NCBI GenBank assembly: GCA_016199985.1
Contig: JACQFQ010000029.1
Span: 73,440 to 137,439 of the forward strand
Length of the DNA: 64,000 nt
Direction: 5' to 3'
From: Verrucomicrobiota bacterium
Lineage (GTDB): Bacteria; Verrucomicrobiota; Verrucomicrobiia; Limisphaerales; UBA11320
A model generated the notes under the pieces. The model was not told the origin of the DNA. It did not search any database and worked only from the letters and a program-made list of their open reading frames with translations. A program made the translations under genes and the position numbers. Each line of letters opens with the position of its first letter. Positions within the stretch are counted from its first letter, which is position 1. Positions 19,030 to 28,485 of this stretch are shown one piece after another.

Positions 19030-20214
19030 TCACGCTTCGAGGCGCTCAATGATTCCCGCCCCGCCCATGCCGCCTCCCACGCACATGGTGATGAGCCCGT
19101 AGCGGGATTTGCGGCGTCGGAGCTCGTGCAGGATGGACACCGTCAGCTTTGCTCCCGACGCGCCGAGAGGATGCCCCAGAGCGATCGCTCCGCCGTTCAC
19201 ATTGACGCGATCGGGGTTGAGATGGCACTGGCGGATCACCGCGAGAGCCTGGGCGGCGAACGCTTCATTGAGCTCAATGAGATCCAGTTGGTCGGCGCTG
19301 AGACCGGCCTGCTTGAGAGCCTTGGGAATCGCCGCGACCGGGCCGATGCCCATGATTCCGGGGGCGACGCCGCCCACGGCGTAAGTGATAAACCGGGCGA
19401 GCGGTTGGAGCTTGAGCTCCTTCACCACCTCGCCGGAGACCAGGAGCACAGCGGCGGCGCCGTCGCTGCGCTGCGAGGCGTTGCCCGCGGTGACCGTTCC
19501 CTTCGGGTTGAACGCGGGCTTCAACGCCGCCAGCTTCTCCAGGGATGTGTCGCGACGCGGTCCTTCGTCGTCGCTGAAGACGTATTCCTTCACCTGGCGC
19601 TTCTGTCGCTCATCGAGGCTGACTTCGCGGACGGGAACGGGGACGCATTCCTCGCGGAATCGGCCGGCCTCCAGCGCCGCGATCGCCTTCTGATGGCTTT
19701 GATACGCGAAGGCGTCCTGGTCGGCGCGACTCACCTCGAACTGCCGCGAAACATTTTCCGCCGTCAGGCCCATCGCGAGGTACGCGTCGGGCATGTCGAC
19801 GACCAGGCAGGGGTTGGGCGACATGCGAAAGCCGCCCATGGGCACCTGGCTCATGCTCTCCGCCCCGCCCGCGATGATGACATCCGCCATGCCGCTGAGG
19901 ATCCGTTGCGCGCCGATGGCGATGGCCTCAAGGCCCGAGGCGCAGAAGCGATTGATGGTGACCCCCGGCGCGGTGTCTGGAAGGCCGGCTCGCTGCGTCG
20001 CGATGCGCGCGATATTCATGCCCTGAGGGCCCTCCGGCATCGCGCAGCCGAGGATCACGTCCTCGATCCGCGACGCGGGAACATTTGGCGCGCGCTCCAG
20101 CAGCGCGCGAAACGTGAGCGCGGCCAGATCGTCCGTGCGGACGGAGCGCAGCTTGCCCTGGGGGGCTTTGCCAACAGGGGTTCGCGCGGCGGCGACGATG
20201 AAGACCTCTTTCAT
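19030..20214 (-). CDS. fadA: Acetyl-CoA C-acyltransferase (thiolase)
   Basis: Active-site motifs are [10 protein letters not shown] (Cys), [15 protein letters not shown] (His) and MCVGGGMG (Cys). Confidence 0.92.
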   Translation of the reverse strand: MKEVFIVAAARTPVGKAPQGKLRSVRTDDLAALTFRALLERAPNVPASRIEDVILGCAMPEGPQGMNIARIATQRAGLPDTAPGVTINRFCASGLEAIAIGAQRILSGMADVIIAGGAESMSQVPMGGFRMSPNPCLVVDMPDAYLAMGLTAENVSRQFEVSRADQDAFAYQSHQKAIAALEAGRFREECVPVPVREVSLDERQKRQVKEYVFSDDEGPRRDTSLEKLAALKPAFNPKGTVTAGNASQRSDGAAAVLLVSGEVVKELKLQPLARFITYAVGGVAPGIMGIGPVAAIPKALKQAGLSADQLDLIELNEAFAAQALAVIRQCHLNPDRVNVNGGAIALGHPLGASGAKLTVSILHELRRRKSRYGLITMCVGGGMGGAGIIERLEA

Positions 20215-20218
20215 AAAA

Positions 20219-22627
20219 TCAGTTCCTCAGCGGTTTCCCGGTTTTGAGCGTGTGCTTGATTCGTTCCAGGGTTTTGGGCTCGCCACAGAGGCTGAGGAAA
20301 GCCTCGCGCTCCAGGTCGAGAATATACTGCTCCGAGACGAAGTGCGTGTAGCTGAGATCGCCCCCGCAAAGGATGTAGGCGAGCTTGGTCCCGATTTTCT
20401 GGTCGTGCTCGCTGATCTGGCCGGCCTGGCGCATCTGGTGGAGGAGCATCTTGAAAAGCGCCAGCCCGCTCTCGCCCACCGCCGGCAGGTCGGTCCGGGG
20501 CGTCTGCGGACGATACCCCGCCGCGACCATCTGGAGCACCTTCGCCTTGGCCTCTCCGATGAGCCAATCCTTGTTGAGCACGAGGGTGGATTCGGAGGCG
20601 CGGAGGTAGCGCAGCTTCAGCGCTTCCGGGGCGCTCGTGGAAACCTTCGCCAACCCCGCCGTTTCCCACGCGAACCTCACGCCGGAAAGATAGTCGGCGT
20701 CATCGGTTTTTGGAATGTTCTCGGTGCATCGCATCAACATCTCCTTCGTGCCCTGGCCGGCGGGGATCAATCCGACTCCGACCTCCGGCAATCCCATGTA
20801 GGTCTCCGCCGCGGTCATGAGGTGGTCGCAGCCCATGGCGAGCTCGCATCCGCCCCCCAAGGTGTAGCCGTGGCAGGCCCCGACGACGGGCTTGTCGAAC
20901 CAGCGGAGAGAGCTCGTCGACTTCTGGAACGATCGGATGCTGAGATCGATCTCGTCCCACTCCTGATTTTGAATCTGGGTGGTGATCAACATCAGGTTCG
21001 CTCCCGCCGAGAAGTGCGGACCTTGGTTTCCCACGACCAGCCCGACGAAATTCTTTCCCACTTCCTCCAGCGAGTCGCGCAGGAGACGGAGCTGATCGCC
21101 GCCCAGCACATTCATCTTCACGTGAACCTCGAAACACGCGACGCCGTCGCCCAGATCCAAGAGGCTCGCGCCCGGGTTGCTCAGCACGACCTTGTTGTCT
21201 CCGTGAACGCGGGGGAGAAAGACCGCCTGAGGCGCCTCTTCGGCGATTCGCATGTTCTTCGCGGCGGGGGAAAAGAAATGAACGCGCTGGGCGCGGGTTT
21301 CGTAGAAGCTCTTGCGTCCGGAGGAGAGCAACGCGTTGACGAGGGGCGGTGTTTCGCGCCCTTCTTTTTCGAGGCGCCGCGCCGTCTCGGCGACCCCGAG
21401 GGCGTCCCACATCTCGAAAGGACCGAGCTCCCAGTTGTAGCCCCAGCGCATCGCGTTGTCGACGGGGAGAACCTCGTCCGCGATCTCGGGAACGCGGCGG
21501 GCCGTGTAGCAGAGCATCGAGCTGAGGTGCTTCCAGGCGAAGCGCCCCGCCTTGTCGTCGGCCTCGCAGAGCGCGCGAATTCTTTCGGCGGGCGAGGCCA
21601 GGCCGCGGACGGCGTCGAGGCTCGGGATGGAGGTCTTGGCGCGCGGCTTGTACTCCATTGTCCTGTAGTCGAGCGTCAGAATCTCCCGTCCCTGGGCTGT
21701 TTTCGTTCGCAGGTAGAAGCCCTGGCCCTTCTTCTCGCCCCACCAACCCCGCTTCACCATGTCCTCGATGAACTCGGGCTGACGAAAGAGCGCGAGCTCT
21801 TCCGGGTCTTTCAGCAGGCCCTGGAGATTGCGGCCCATCTGCGCCATGAGGTCGACGCCGACGATGTCGCCGAGACGGAACATGGCGCTTTTCGGCCTGC
21901 CGATCGCGGGCCCCATGATCGCGTCCACTTCGTCGATGCTCAGGGACTCCTCGATCGTGAGCCAGAGCGCCTTCTGCATGTCGTAGCAACCGATCCGGTT
22001 GGCGACAAACCCCGGCGTGTCCTTGCCGACAACGATGCCTTTGCCCAGCACGGCTTCGCTCCACGCGGCGAATGCCCGGAGTCGCGCGGCGTCGGTGTCG
22101 TGGTTGGGGATGAGTTCGAGCAGCCGCATGTAGCGCGGCGGATTGAAGAAGTGGGTGGCGAAGAAGCGTTGGCGATAATCCAGCGGCAGTCCCTCGGTCA
22201 TCCCGTTGATGGAGAGGCCGGAGGTGTTGGTGGTGACGACGGCGTCGGGTCGCGCCAGCGCGGCGATCTTCCGATGGAGATCGCGCTTGAGATCCATGCG
22301 CTCCAGCACCGCCTCGACCACCCAGTCGGCCTCAGCGATTTCGCCGAGGTGATCCGCGACGTTTCCGACGCGGATGAGCGCGGCGGCCTCGGGCGTGAAC
22401 AGCGGCTTCGGGGAAAGCTTCTTCATTCGCTCGAACAGCTCGCGCGTCGGACGATTGCGAACCGCGGGCGAGTCGAGCGAAGCGCCCTGGCTCTGTTCGG
22501 CGGGCGTGAGCTCCGCGGGGGCCACGTCCATGAGGAGCACCGGGATGCCCACGTTGGCGAGGTGGCCGGCGATCTGGGCGCCCATGGTCCCGGCGCCGAT
22601 GACGGCGGCTTTGTTGATCTTCAGCAT
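20219..22627 (-). CDS. Bifunctional 3-hydroxyacyl-CoA dehydrogenase / enoyl-CoA hydratase (HCDH N-terminal, ECH C-terminal)
   Basis: The N-terminal Rossmann motif is AAVIGAGTMGAQIA. The C-terminal crotonase motif is ACHGYTLGGGCELAMGCD. The product is 802 aa. Confidence 0.9.
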   Translation of the reverse strand: MLKINKAAVIGAGTMGAQIAGHLANVGIPVLLMDVAPAELTPAEQSQGASLDSPAVRNRPTRELFERMKKLSPKPLFTPEAAALIRVGNVADHLGEIAEADWVVEAVLERMDLKRDLHRKIAALARPDAVVTTNTSGLSINGMTEGLPLDYRQRFFATHFFNPPRYMRLLELIPNHDTDAARLRAFAAWSEAVLGKGIVVGKDTPGFVANRIGCYDMQKALWLTIEESLSIDEVDAIMGPAIGRPKSAMFRLGDIVGVDLMAQMGRNLQGLLKDPEELALFRQPEFIEDMVKRGWWGEKKGQGFYLRTKTAQGREILTLDYRTMEYKPRAKTSIPSLDAVRGLASPAERIRALCEADDKAGRFAWKHLSSMLCYTARRVPEIADEVLPVDNAMRWGYNWELGPFEMWDALGVAETARRLEKEGRETPPLVNALLSSGRKSFYETRAQRVHFFSPAAKNMRIAEEAPQAVFLPRVHGDNKVVLSNPGASLLDLGDGVACFEVHVKMNVLGGDQLRLLRDSLEEVGKNFVGLVVGNQGPHFSAGANLMLITTQIQNQEWDEIDLSIRSFQKSTSSLRWFDKPVVGACHGYTLGGGCELAMGCDHLMTAAETYMGLPEVGVGLIPAGQGTKEMLMRCTENIPKTDDADYLSGVRFAWETAGLAKVSTSAPEALKLRYLRASESTLVLNKDWLIGEAKAKVLQMVAAGYRPQTPRTDLPAVGESGLALFKMLLHQMRQAGQISEHDQKIGTKLAYILCGGDLSYTHFVSEQYILDLEREAFLSLCGEPKTLERIKHTLKTGKPLRN

Positions 22628-22673
22628 GCGATGACGATGAATGTATTGATGAGCCGACGAGCCGCGAGGATGA

Positions 22674-24269
22674 CTATCCCGTCTTTCTCAGCTCGCGTCG
22701 CAGGTATTTTCCAACGCCCGATCGAGGCAATGTGTCGCGAAACTCGACGGACCTTGGAATCTTGTAGGCCGCCAGATTCTTTCGGCAATACTCAATGACC
22801 TCCTCCTCCGCGAGCGAGGCGCCGGGTTTCCGGACCACAAAGGCCTTCACGCTCTCGCCGCGATAGGCGTCGGCGACTCCGACGACTCCCGCCTCCTGGA
22901 TGGCGGGATGCTGGAACAGCACCTCCTCCACCTCGCGCGGATAGACGTTGAATCCGCCGACAAGGATCAGGTCCTTCTTGCGATCGACAATATAGTAGAA
23001 GCCCTCGCTGTCCCTCTTTGCGATGTCCCCTGTGTAGAGCCATCCGTCGCGAAGCACGGCCGCGGTTTCCTCGGGCTTGTTCCAATAGCCCTTCATCACC
23101 TGGGGGCCGCGGATGGTCAACTCGCCTTCCTCGCCGAGCGCGACCTCCGTGGTTCCCTTGTCGAGATCCACGATTCGCGCCTCAGTGCCCGGCACGAGCT
23201 GTCCGATGCTCCCGGCCCGCGGCGCGCCGGGGGGATTGACGTGCGTGGCGGGCGAGCACTCGGTGAGTCCGTAGCCTTCCACGAGCCGGGCGCCCGTCTT
23301 CGTCTCGAATTCCTGCTGCACGGCGATCGGCAGCGGCGCGCCGCCGCTCATGCAAACTCGCAGCGCGCCGAAACCGTAGCGACGGATGTCGGGCGCCGTG
23401 TTCAGCGCGACGTACATGGTGGGCACCCCGTGGAACAGGCTGGGACGATGCTCCCGCACCGCTTGCAGGACGGGCTCGAGCTCAAACCGCGGAAGGATGA
23501 TGGTCGCGCTGGCGCTGTGCACCGCCGAGATCATCACGCAGGTCGTGGCGTAGATATGGAACAACGGCAGCGCCGCGACGAAGGTTTCCCCATGAAGCTG
23601 GCCGCCGGTGAGCCATTCGCAGGTCTGCTCGGCGTTCACGACCAGATTGGCATGCGTGAGCATGGCGCCTTTCGAGACGCCGGTGGTTCCGCCGGTGTAC
23701 TGCAGGCATGCGACGTCGTCGGGGCGGGTCCCCGCCGGCTGGGGGTGACGGCTGATCCGAAGCAGGTTCTCCCAGGGAAGAGGATCGCCATGCGACATCC
23801 CGGGGGGCTTCGGCGACCGCAGCGCCCGAGCGAGCGTGGCGGCGCCGCTTCGAGTGTACTGGGCGCCGTGGGTGAGGATCACCCGTCGCAGCTGGGGGCA
23901 CGCCGGACGGGACGCGTTCACCAGCGGCGCGAGGAGCGCGTCGGCGATAAGGATCGTCGCGCCCGCGTCGTTCCATTGATGGATCGCTTCGCGCGGCGTG
24001 TAGATGGGGCTTGTTGCGGTCACGATGCCCCCGGCGCGGAGGACGCCGAAGTACGCGATGAAAAACTGGGGGCAGTTGGGAAGCAGCAGGGCGACGCGAT
24101 CGCCTTTGCGCAGGCCGAGGGCTTGAAGGCCCGCGGCGACGCGCTGGACGTGGCTGAGGAAAGTGGAATAGGGAATCCGGTGACCGAAGTAGATCATTGC
24201 CGTCTTCCGGGAAGCGGCTATGGCGACCTCTTCGAGCATCTGGCTCAAGGTGATCCTGCGATGCTTCAT
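22674..24269 (-). CDS. fadD: Long-chain fatty-acid--CoA ligase
   Basis: The AMP-binding motifs are YTGGTTGVSKGAMLTH, GYGLTE, TGD and the C-terminal GKYLRREL. Confidence 0.9.
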   Translation of the reverse strand: MKHRRITLSQMLEEVAIAASRKTAMIYFGHRIPYSTFLSHVQRVAAGLQALGLRKGDRVALLLPNCPQFFIAYFGVLRAGGIVTATSPIYTPREAIHQWNDAGATILIADALLAPLVNASRPACPQLRRVILTHGAQYTRSGAATLARALRSPKPPGMSHGDPLPWENLLRISRHPQPAGTRPDDVACLQYTGGTTGVSKGAMLTHANLVVNAEQTCEWLTGGQLHGETFVAALPLFHIYATTCVMISAVHSASATIILPRFELEPVLQAVREHRPSLFHGVPTMYVALNTAPDIRRYGFGALRVCMSGGAPLPIAVQQEFETKTGARLVEGYGLTECSPATHVNPPGAPRAGSIGQLVPGTEARIVDLDKGTTEVALGEEGELTIRGPQVMKGYWNKPEETAAVLRDGWLYTGDIAKRDSEGFYYIVDRKKDLILVGGFNVYPREVEEVLFQHPAIQEAGVVGVADAYRGESVKAFVVRKPGASLAEEEVIEYCRKNLAAYKIPRSVEFRDTLPRSGVGKYLRRELRKTG

Positions 24270-24500
24270 GCGCTGCTACCCGAATCCATCGTCATCCTGA
24301 CGGAAAAATAAACGGCCGTGCGGGAATCCACAGCGCCATCTAGACGAGGTGTCAACGGGAGAGGCAAGATTTTTCGACGCTTCGGGGGCCGGGCCCGCTT
24401 GAAGCGAAGGCCCCGCGCCGCGGCCGACGCGGGGTGAAGGAGCGTTGGACTCTTGCCTTCTCTCCGGTCTTTCGGAACACTGGCGCGCACTATCGCATCC

Positions 24501-26228
24501 ATGAAAAAAGTTTCTGCCAAATCCGCCGCGAAAAGCGGAAAAAACAATTCGGAGTCTCTTCGCGCCTTCTCCTCCATTGTCCTCGACGGACCCGAGCGCG
24601 CCGCCAGCCGCGCGATGCTCTACGCCGTCGGATTCAAGAAGGAGGACTTCCGCAAAACGCAGATCGGCGTGGCTTCCACCTGGGGCATGGTGACGCCCTG
24701 CAACATGCATATCGACCACCTCGCGGTGCAGGTGGGCATCGGCGTCAACGAAGCGGGCGGCAAGGCGGTCACGTTCAATACCATCACAATCTCCGACGGC
24801 ATATCGATGGGCACCGAAGGAATGAAATACTCGCTGGTCTCCCGCGAGGTGATCGCCGACTCCATTGAAACCGTGGTGGGATGCGAGGGGATGGACGGCG
24901 TTGTCGCCATCGGCGGATGCGACAAGAACATGCCTGGCTGCCTGATCGCCCTCGCGCGCCTGAATCGCCCCGGGGTTTTCGTTTACGGCGGCACGATTCT
25001 TCCGGGCTCCTACGACGGAAAGCCCGTGGATGTCGTGAGCGTGTTCGAAGCCGTGGGCAAGCACGCCGCCGGCAAGATGGACGACGCGCAGCTCGACGAG
25101 CTCGAGTCGAAGGCGATCCCGGGGGCGGGATCCTGCGGCGGGATGTACACCGCCAACACCATGGCCTGCGCCATCGAAGCGCTCGGCATGAGCCTGCCCA
25201 ATAGCTCGGCCCAGGCCGCGATCTCGCGCGAAAAGGAGGTCGACTGCGAAAAGGCGGGCGCGGCCGCGGTTGAGCTTGTGAAGCGCGGAATTCGTCCGCG
25301 CGATATTATGACGAAGAAGGGCTTCGAGAACGCCATCACGGTCGTGATCGCCCTCGGTGGATCGACCAACGCGGTGTTGCACCTGCTCGCCATGGCCCAC
25401 GCCGCCGGCGTGAAGCTCAGCATCGATGACTTCACGCGAATCGGAAAACGGGTTCCGGTTCTCGGGGACCTTCGTCCCAGCGGCAAGTACGTCATGGCGG
25501 AGCTGGTGAGGATCGGCGGACTCACGCCGCTGATGAGAATGCTCCTCGACCATGGTCTCCTCCATGGCGACTGCATGACGGTGACGGGCAGGACCGTCGC
25601 GGAGAACTTGAAGGACACGCCCCGGTATCCGGCCGGACAGGATGTCATCCGCTCTTTCGACAACCCCGTGAAACCCGAGAGCCATCTCGTCGTGCTTTAC
25701 GGGAATCTGGCCCGGACCGGCGCGGTGGCCAAGATCAGCGGGAAGGAAGGCCTGAGGTTTCAGGGCAGGGCGATCGCCTTCAACAGCGAGGAAGCCGCGC
25801 TTAAGGCCATCCTCGACGGGACGGTGAAGAAGGGGCATGTGGTGGTGATCCGGTACGAAGGACCCAAGGGCGGCCCTGGCATGCGCGAGATGCTCTCGCC
25901 GACCTCCGCCATCATGGGGAAGGGCATGGGCAAGGACGTTGCCCTCATCACCGACGGCCGATTTAGCGGGGGCAGCCATGGATTCGTCGTGGGGCATGTG
26001 ACCCCCGAGGCCTATGATGGCGGCGCGCTGGCGATCATCCGGAACGGCGACTCGATCACCATCGACGCATCCAAGCGCGAGATCAACGTGGATATCCCCG
26101 CGGCCGAGATCAAGAAGCGCCTGAGCCGTTGGAAGCAACCGAAGCCCCGCTACACCTCGGGCGTGCTTGCGAAGTACGCGCGCTCTGTGAGCTCCGCGCA
26201 TCTGGGCGCTGTGACAGACCTGCGCTGA
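24501..26228 (+). CDS. ilvD: Dihydroxy-acid dehydratase
   Basis: Diagnostic motifs are [28 protein letters not shown] and [12 protein letters not shown]. The ATG at 24501 (MKKVSAK...) is preferred over 24453. Confidence 0.93.
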   Translation: MKKVSAKSAAKSGKNNSESLRAFSSIVLDGPERAASRAMLYAVGFKKEDFRKTQIGVASTWGMVTPCNMHIDHLAVQVGIGVNEAGGKAVTFNTITISDGISMGTEGMKYSLVSREVIADSIETVVGCEGMDGVVAIGGCDKNMPGCLIALARLNRPGVFVYGGTILPGSYDGKPVDVVSVFEAVGKHAAGKMDDAQLDELESKAIPGAGSCGGMYTANTMACAIEALGMSLPNSSAQAAISREKEVDCEKAGAAAVELVKRGIRPRDIMTKKGFENAITVVIALGGSTNAVLHLLAMAHAAGVKLSIDDFTRIGKRVPVLGDLRPSGKYVMAELVRIGGLTPLMRMLLDHGLLHGDCMTVTGRTVAENLKDTPRYPAGQDVIRSFDNPVKPESHLVVLYGNLARTGAVAKISGKEGLRFQGRAIAFNSEEAALKAILDGTVKKGHVVVIRYEGPKGGPGMREMLSPTSAIMGKGMGKDVALITDGRFSGGSHGFVVGHVTPEAYDGGALAIIRNGDSITIDASKREINVDIPAAEIKKRLSRWKQPKPRYTSGVLAKYARSVSSAHLGAVTDLR

Positions 26229-26461
26229 TGGCGCCGCGTGGTTTTGCCCATCAAGCGCGGCCGGCGTCGGTCGATCGCTACGGCAGCGGCCTGCGCCGCT
26301 GGGAGGCAGGGCGAGACCGTCCGCGCTCCACTGCGAGCGCCTGGTTCGCGGAAAAACAGAGCCCGTCCGCCGATGAGAGCCCTGGATGCCCGAACGTTTC
26401 TTGGCCTCTTTTGGCGCAACCGATGGGTTGATTGTCCGTTCGTTCGTGGCACAGTGGCGTC

Positions 26462-26998
26462 ATGAGTCTGTGTTGTCGCATCGTTGTCGTTATCGCCTTT
26501 GGAGCCGGGCTGCTCCTTGCGGGGCGATTGGGCGTTCCGTCGGCCGACGCGGCCGCCTTGCCCGAGGGCGAGCAAGTGTTGTTTGTCCATCTCCGTTGCC
26601 GGAGCAACCAGGTGTCCATCGCGCGAGTCGACGCCAGGCCGGGGCGATTGAAGGAAGGCGCGGCGCGGCGCGGCGCGTTTGAACTTCAGCTGACGGACGC
26701 GCAAGGCCAGGCGATATGGAACGGGGCCATCGAGGATCCCCGGCTGCGTTCCTTTGAGTTTCCAGCCGACGGATCGAACCGGTTGGCGCGAGTGAACGTC
26801 TCCTCTCCGACCGTCGAGACTGTTCTCCGCATCCCCATGAAGGCCGCGGCGCGGGAGGTGGTGCTCCTGGGCGAGGCGCCCGCGACGTCGGTGGCTCCCC
26901 AGGGCGCGCCGGACTCAACGCGGCCCCAGGCGCCAAAGCGCCCTGTTCTCGCCCGATTTCCGATTCAGTCCCCACCCGACACCCCAAGGTCGCCGTGA
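26462..26998 (+). CDS. Small secreted hypothetical protein
   Basis: The signal peptide is MSLCCRIVVVIAFGAGLLLAGRLGVPSADA, with a Pro-rich C-terminus. The stop overlaps the start of the M64 gene by 4 nt. Confidence 0.5.
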   Translation: MSLCCRIVVVIAFGAGLLLAGRLGVPSADAAALPEGEQVLFVHLRCRSNQVSIARVDARPGRLKEGAARRGAFELQLTDAQGQAIWNGAIEDPRLRSFEFPADGSNRLARVNVSSPTVETVLRIPMKAAAREVVLLGEAPATSVAPQGAPDSTRPQAPKRPVLARFPIQSPPDTPRSP

Positions 26999-28401
26999 TC
27001 CGTCTCGTCGTTCCCTTTCTCGTCGTCTGCGCCGTATTCCTGACGGAAGCGGAGTCCCCCCTTGAAGCGGCGGCGGCCGCTTCAGAGATGAGCGTCATCC
27101 TTTCCAACGGACCCACGGCGTCGCGGATCAATGTGGCCTTGCTGGCGGAGGGCTATCGGGACGTTGAGAGCGCGAAGTTCTACGCAGACGCGCGGACGGT
27201 CGTGACGTCTCTTTTGGCCGCGGAGCCGCTGCGAAGCTACGCGCGATTCTACAACGCTTTTGCCATTTTCGTCGCCTCGGAGGAGTCTGGCTCGAGCCAC
27301 ACGAACCCTCCGATCGCCCGTCGCACTTATTTCAACAGCACCTTCGACTCCTATGGAATCCAGCGCTTGCTCACGCTGCCCCCCAACAATCTCAACTCGC
27401 GCTATGCGGACGGCCAAGGGAAGGCGATCGATCTGCTGAAGCAGTGGCTGCCCGATTACGATCTCGCGGTCGTGGTGGTCAACGATCCGACGTACGGAGG
27501 CTCCGGCGGCCCAATCCTGGTCGTGTCGACACATTCCCTGTCGGGGCAAATCGCCGTTCACGAGCAGGGGCATACATTCGCGGCGCTGGGAGACGAGTAC
27601 GCAGACCCGTTTCCGGGCTACCCCGACATCGAGGAACCGAACACGACCCGCGAAACGCAGCGCGATCGGATCAAGTGGAGAACCTGGATTGATCCCGCCA
27701 CACCGCTGCCGACGCCTACCAACAACACTCTCTACGCCCGCGCGGTTGGGCTGTTTGAAGGCGCTCACTACCACAGCGTGGGGTGGTTTCGTCCGAGGCT
27801 CGATTGCAGGATGCGATCGCTGGGATCGCCGTTTTGCCAGGTTTGCGCCGAGGCGATCGATCTCTCGCTGCATCGGGCGCTCGGCACGATGGACTCCTCC
27901 ACCCCGGCAACGAACCTGCCCGTCGTTGTGTCGATCTTCGGGAGCGGCGAATTCGTTCTGTCGCCCGTCCTGCCGGCCGGAGCGGGCGCGTCGGTGTCCT
28001 GGTCGCTGGACGATGTGGCGATGGCGACCGACGATCCGTTTCGTCTCCTGCTCCCGGGCTCGGCTTTGGCGCGGCCGACCAGCCAGCTGGTCGCGCGATA
28101 CACCCTGGAGTCCCCGTTTGTGAGGACGGATCCCAACCACCTCATGGAGGGGGTGGTTCAGTGGACGATCACGCGCGACATGCAGAAGCCCCCGGCGCTG
28201 GCGTGGGGATGGGACAAGGGGGGCGGATTGTTTTTGGCCTGGCCGGTCGCCGCGGAGGGATTCCAGCTGGAAACGACGACCGATGTGGTGTCGGGGAAGT
28301 GGACCATCGCCTCCGGATCCCCCATTCGCGCGGTGGACCAATGGCAGCAAGCCTTCCCGCTATCGCAAGCAGGGGCCTATTTTCGACTCCGACGTCCATA
28401 G
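26995..28401 (+). CDS. Peptidase M64 (IgA-peptidase-like) zinc metalloprotease with a C-terminal FYRL-type domain
   Basis: GTG start with a signal peptide. M64 features are NVALLAEGY, VVVNDPTYGGSGG and the zinc site AVHEQGHTFAALGDEY. The protein ends ...AGAYFRLRRP. Confidence 0.8.
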   Translation: MIRLVVPFLVVCAVFLTEAESPLEAAAAASEMSVILSNGPTASRINVALLAEGYRDVESAKFYADARTVVTSLLAAEPLRSYARFYNAFAIFVASEESGSSHTNPPIARRTYFNSTFDSYGIQRLLTLPPNNLNSRYADGQGKAIDLLKQWLPDYDLAVVVVNDPTYGGSGGPILVVSTHSLSGQIAVHEQGHTFAALGDEYADPFPGYPDIEEPNTTRETQRDRIKWRTWIDPATPLPTPTNNTLYARAVGLFEGAHYHSVGWFRPRLDCRMRSLGSPFCQVCAEAIDLSLHRALGTMDSSTPATNLPVVVSIFGSGEFVLSPVLPAGAGASVSWSLDDVAMATDDPFRLLLPGSALARPTSQLVARYTLESPFVRTDPNHLMEGVVQWTITRDMQKPPALAWGWDKGGGLFLAWPVAAEGFQLETTTDVVSGKWTIASGSPIRAVDQWQQAFPLSQAGAYFRLRRP

Positions 28402-28485
28402 CGACGCGGGGAGCCAAGGGTTTGGCCCGCACGCGAGGTTTTCTCACGAAGAGGAACCGCCAAGGACGCCAGAAGCCGGGGAAGC

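Noticed and set aside
20114-22798. An 894-aa ORF on the plus strand, one of the longest in the track.
   Set aside because: It lies antisense to the strongly recognisable HCDH/ECH gene (20219-22627). Its translation is Arg/Ala/Gly/Leu-rich with no motifs, which is typical of a high-GC shadow ORF.
24397-24434. A GC-rich hairpin (CCCCGCG...CGCGGGG) in the fadD/ilvD divergent region, considered as a terminator or riboswitch.
   Set aside because: No gene ends here because both neighbours start here. There is no T-tract and no recognisable riboswitch consensus.
24276-26201. A 641-aa ORF on the minus strand.
   Set aside because: It lies exactly antisense to ilvD, whose identity is unambiguous. The composition is low-complexity and rich in Arg, Gly, His and Asp.
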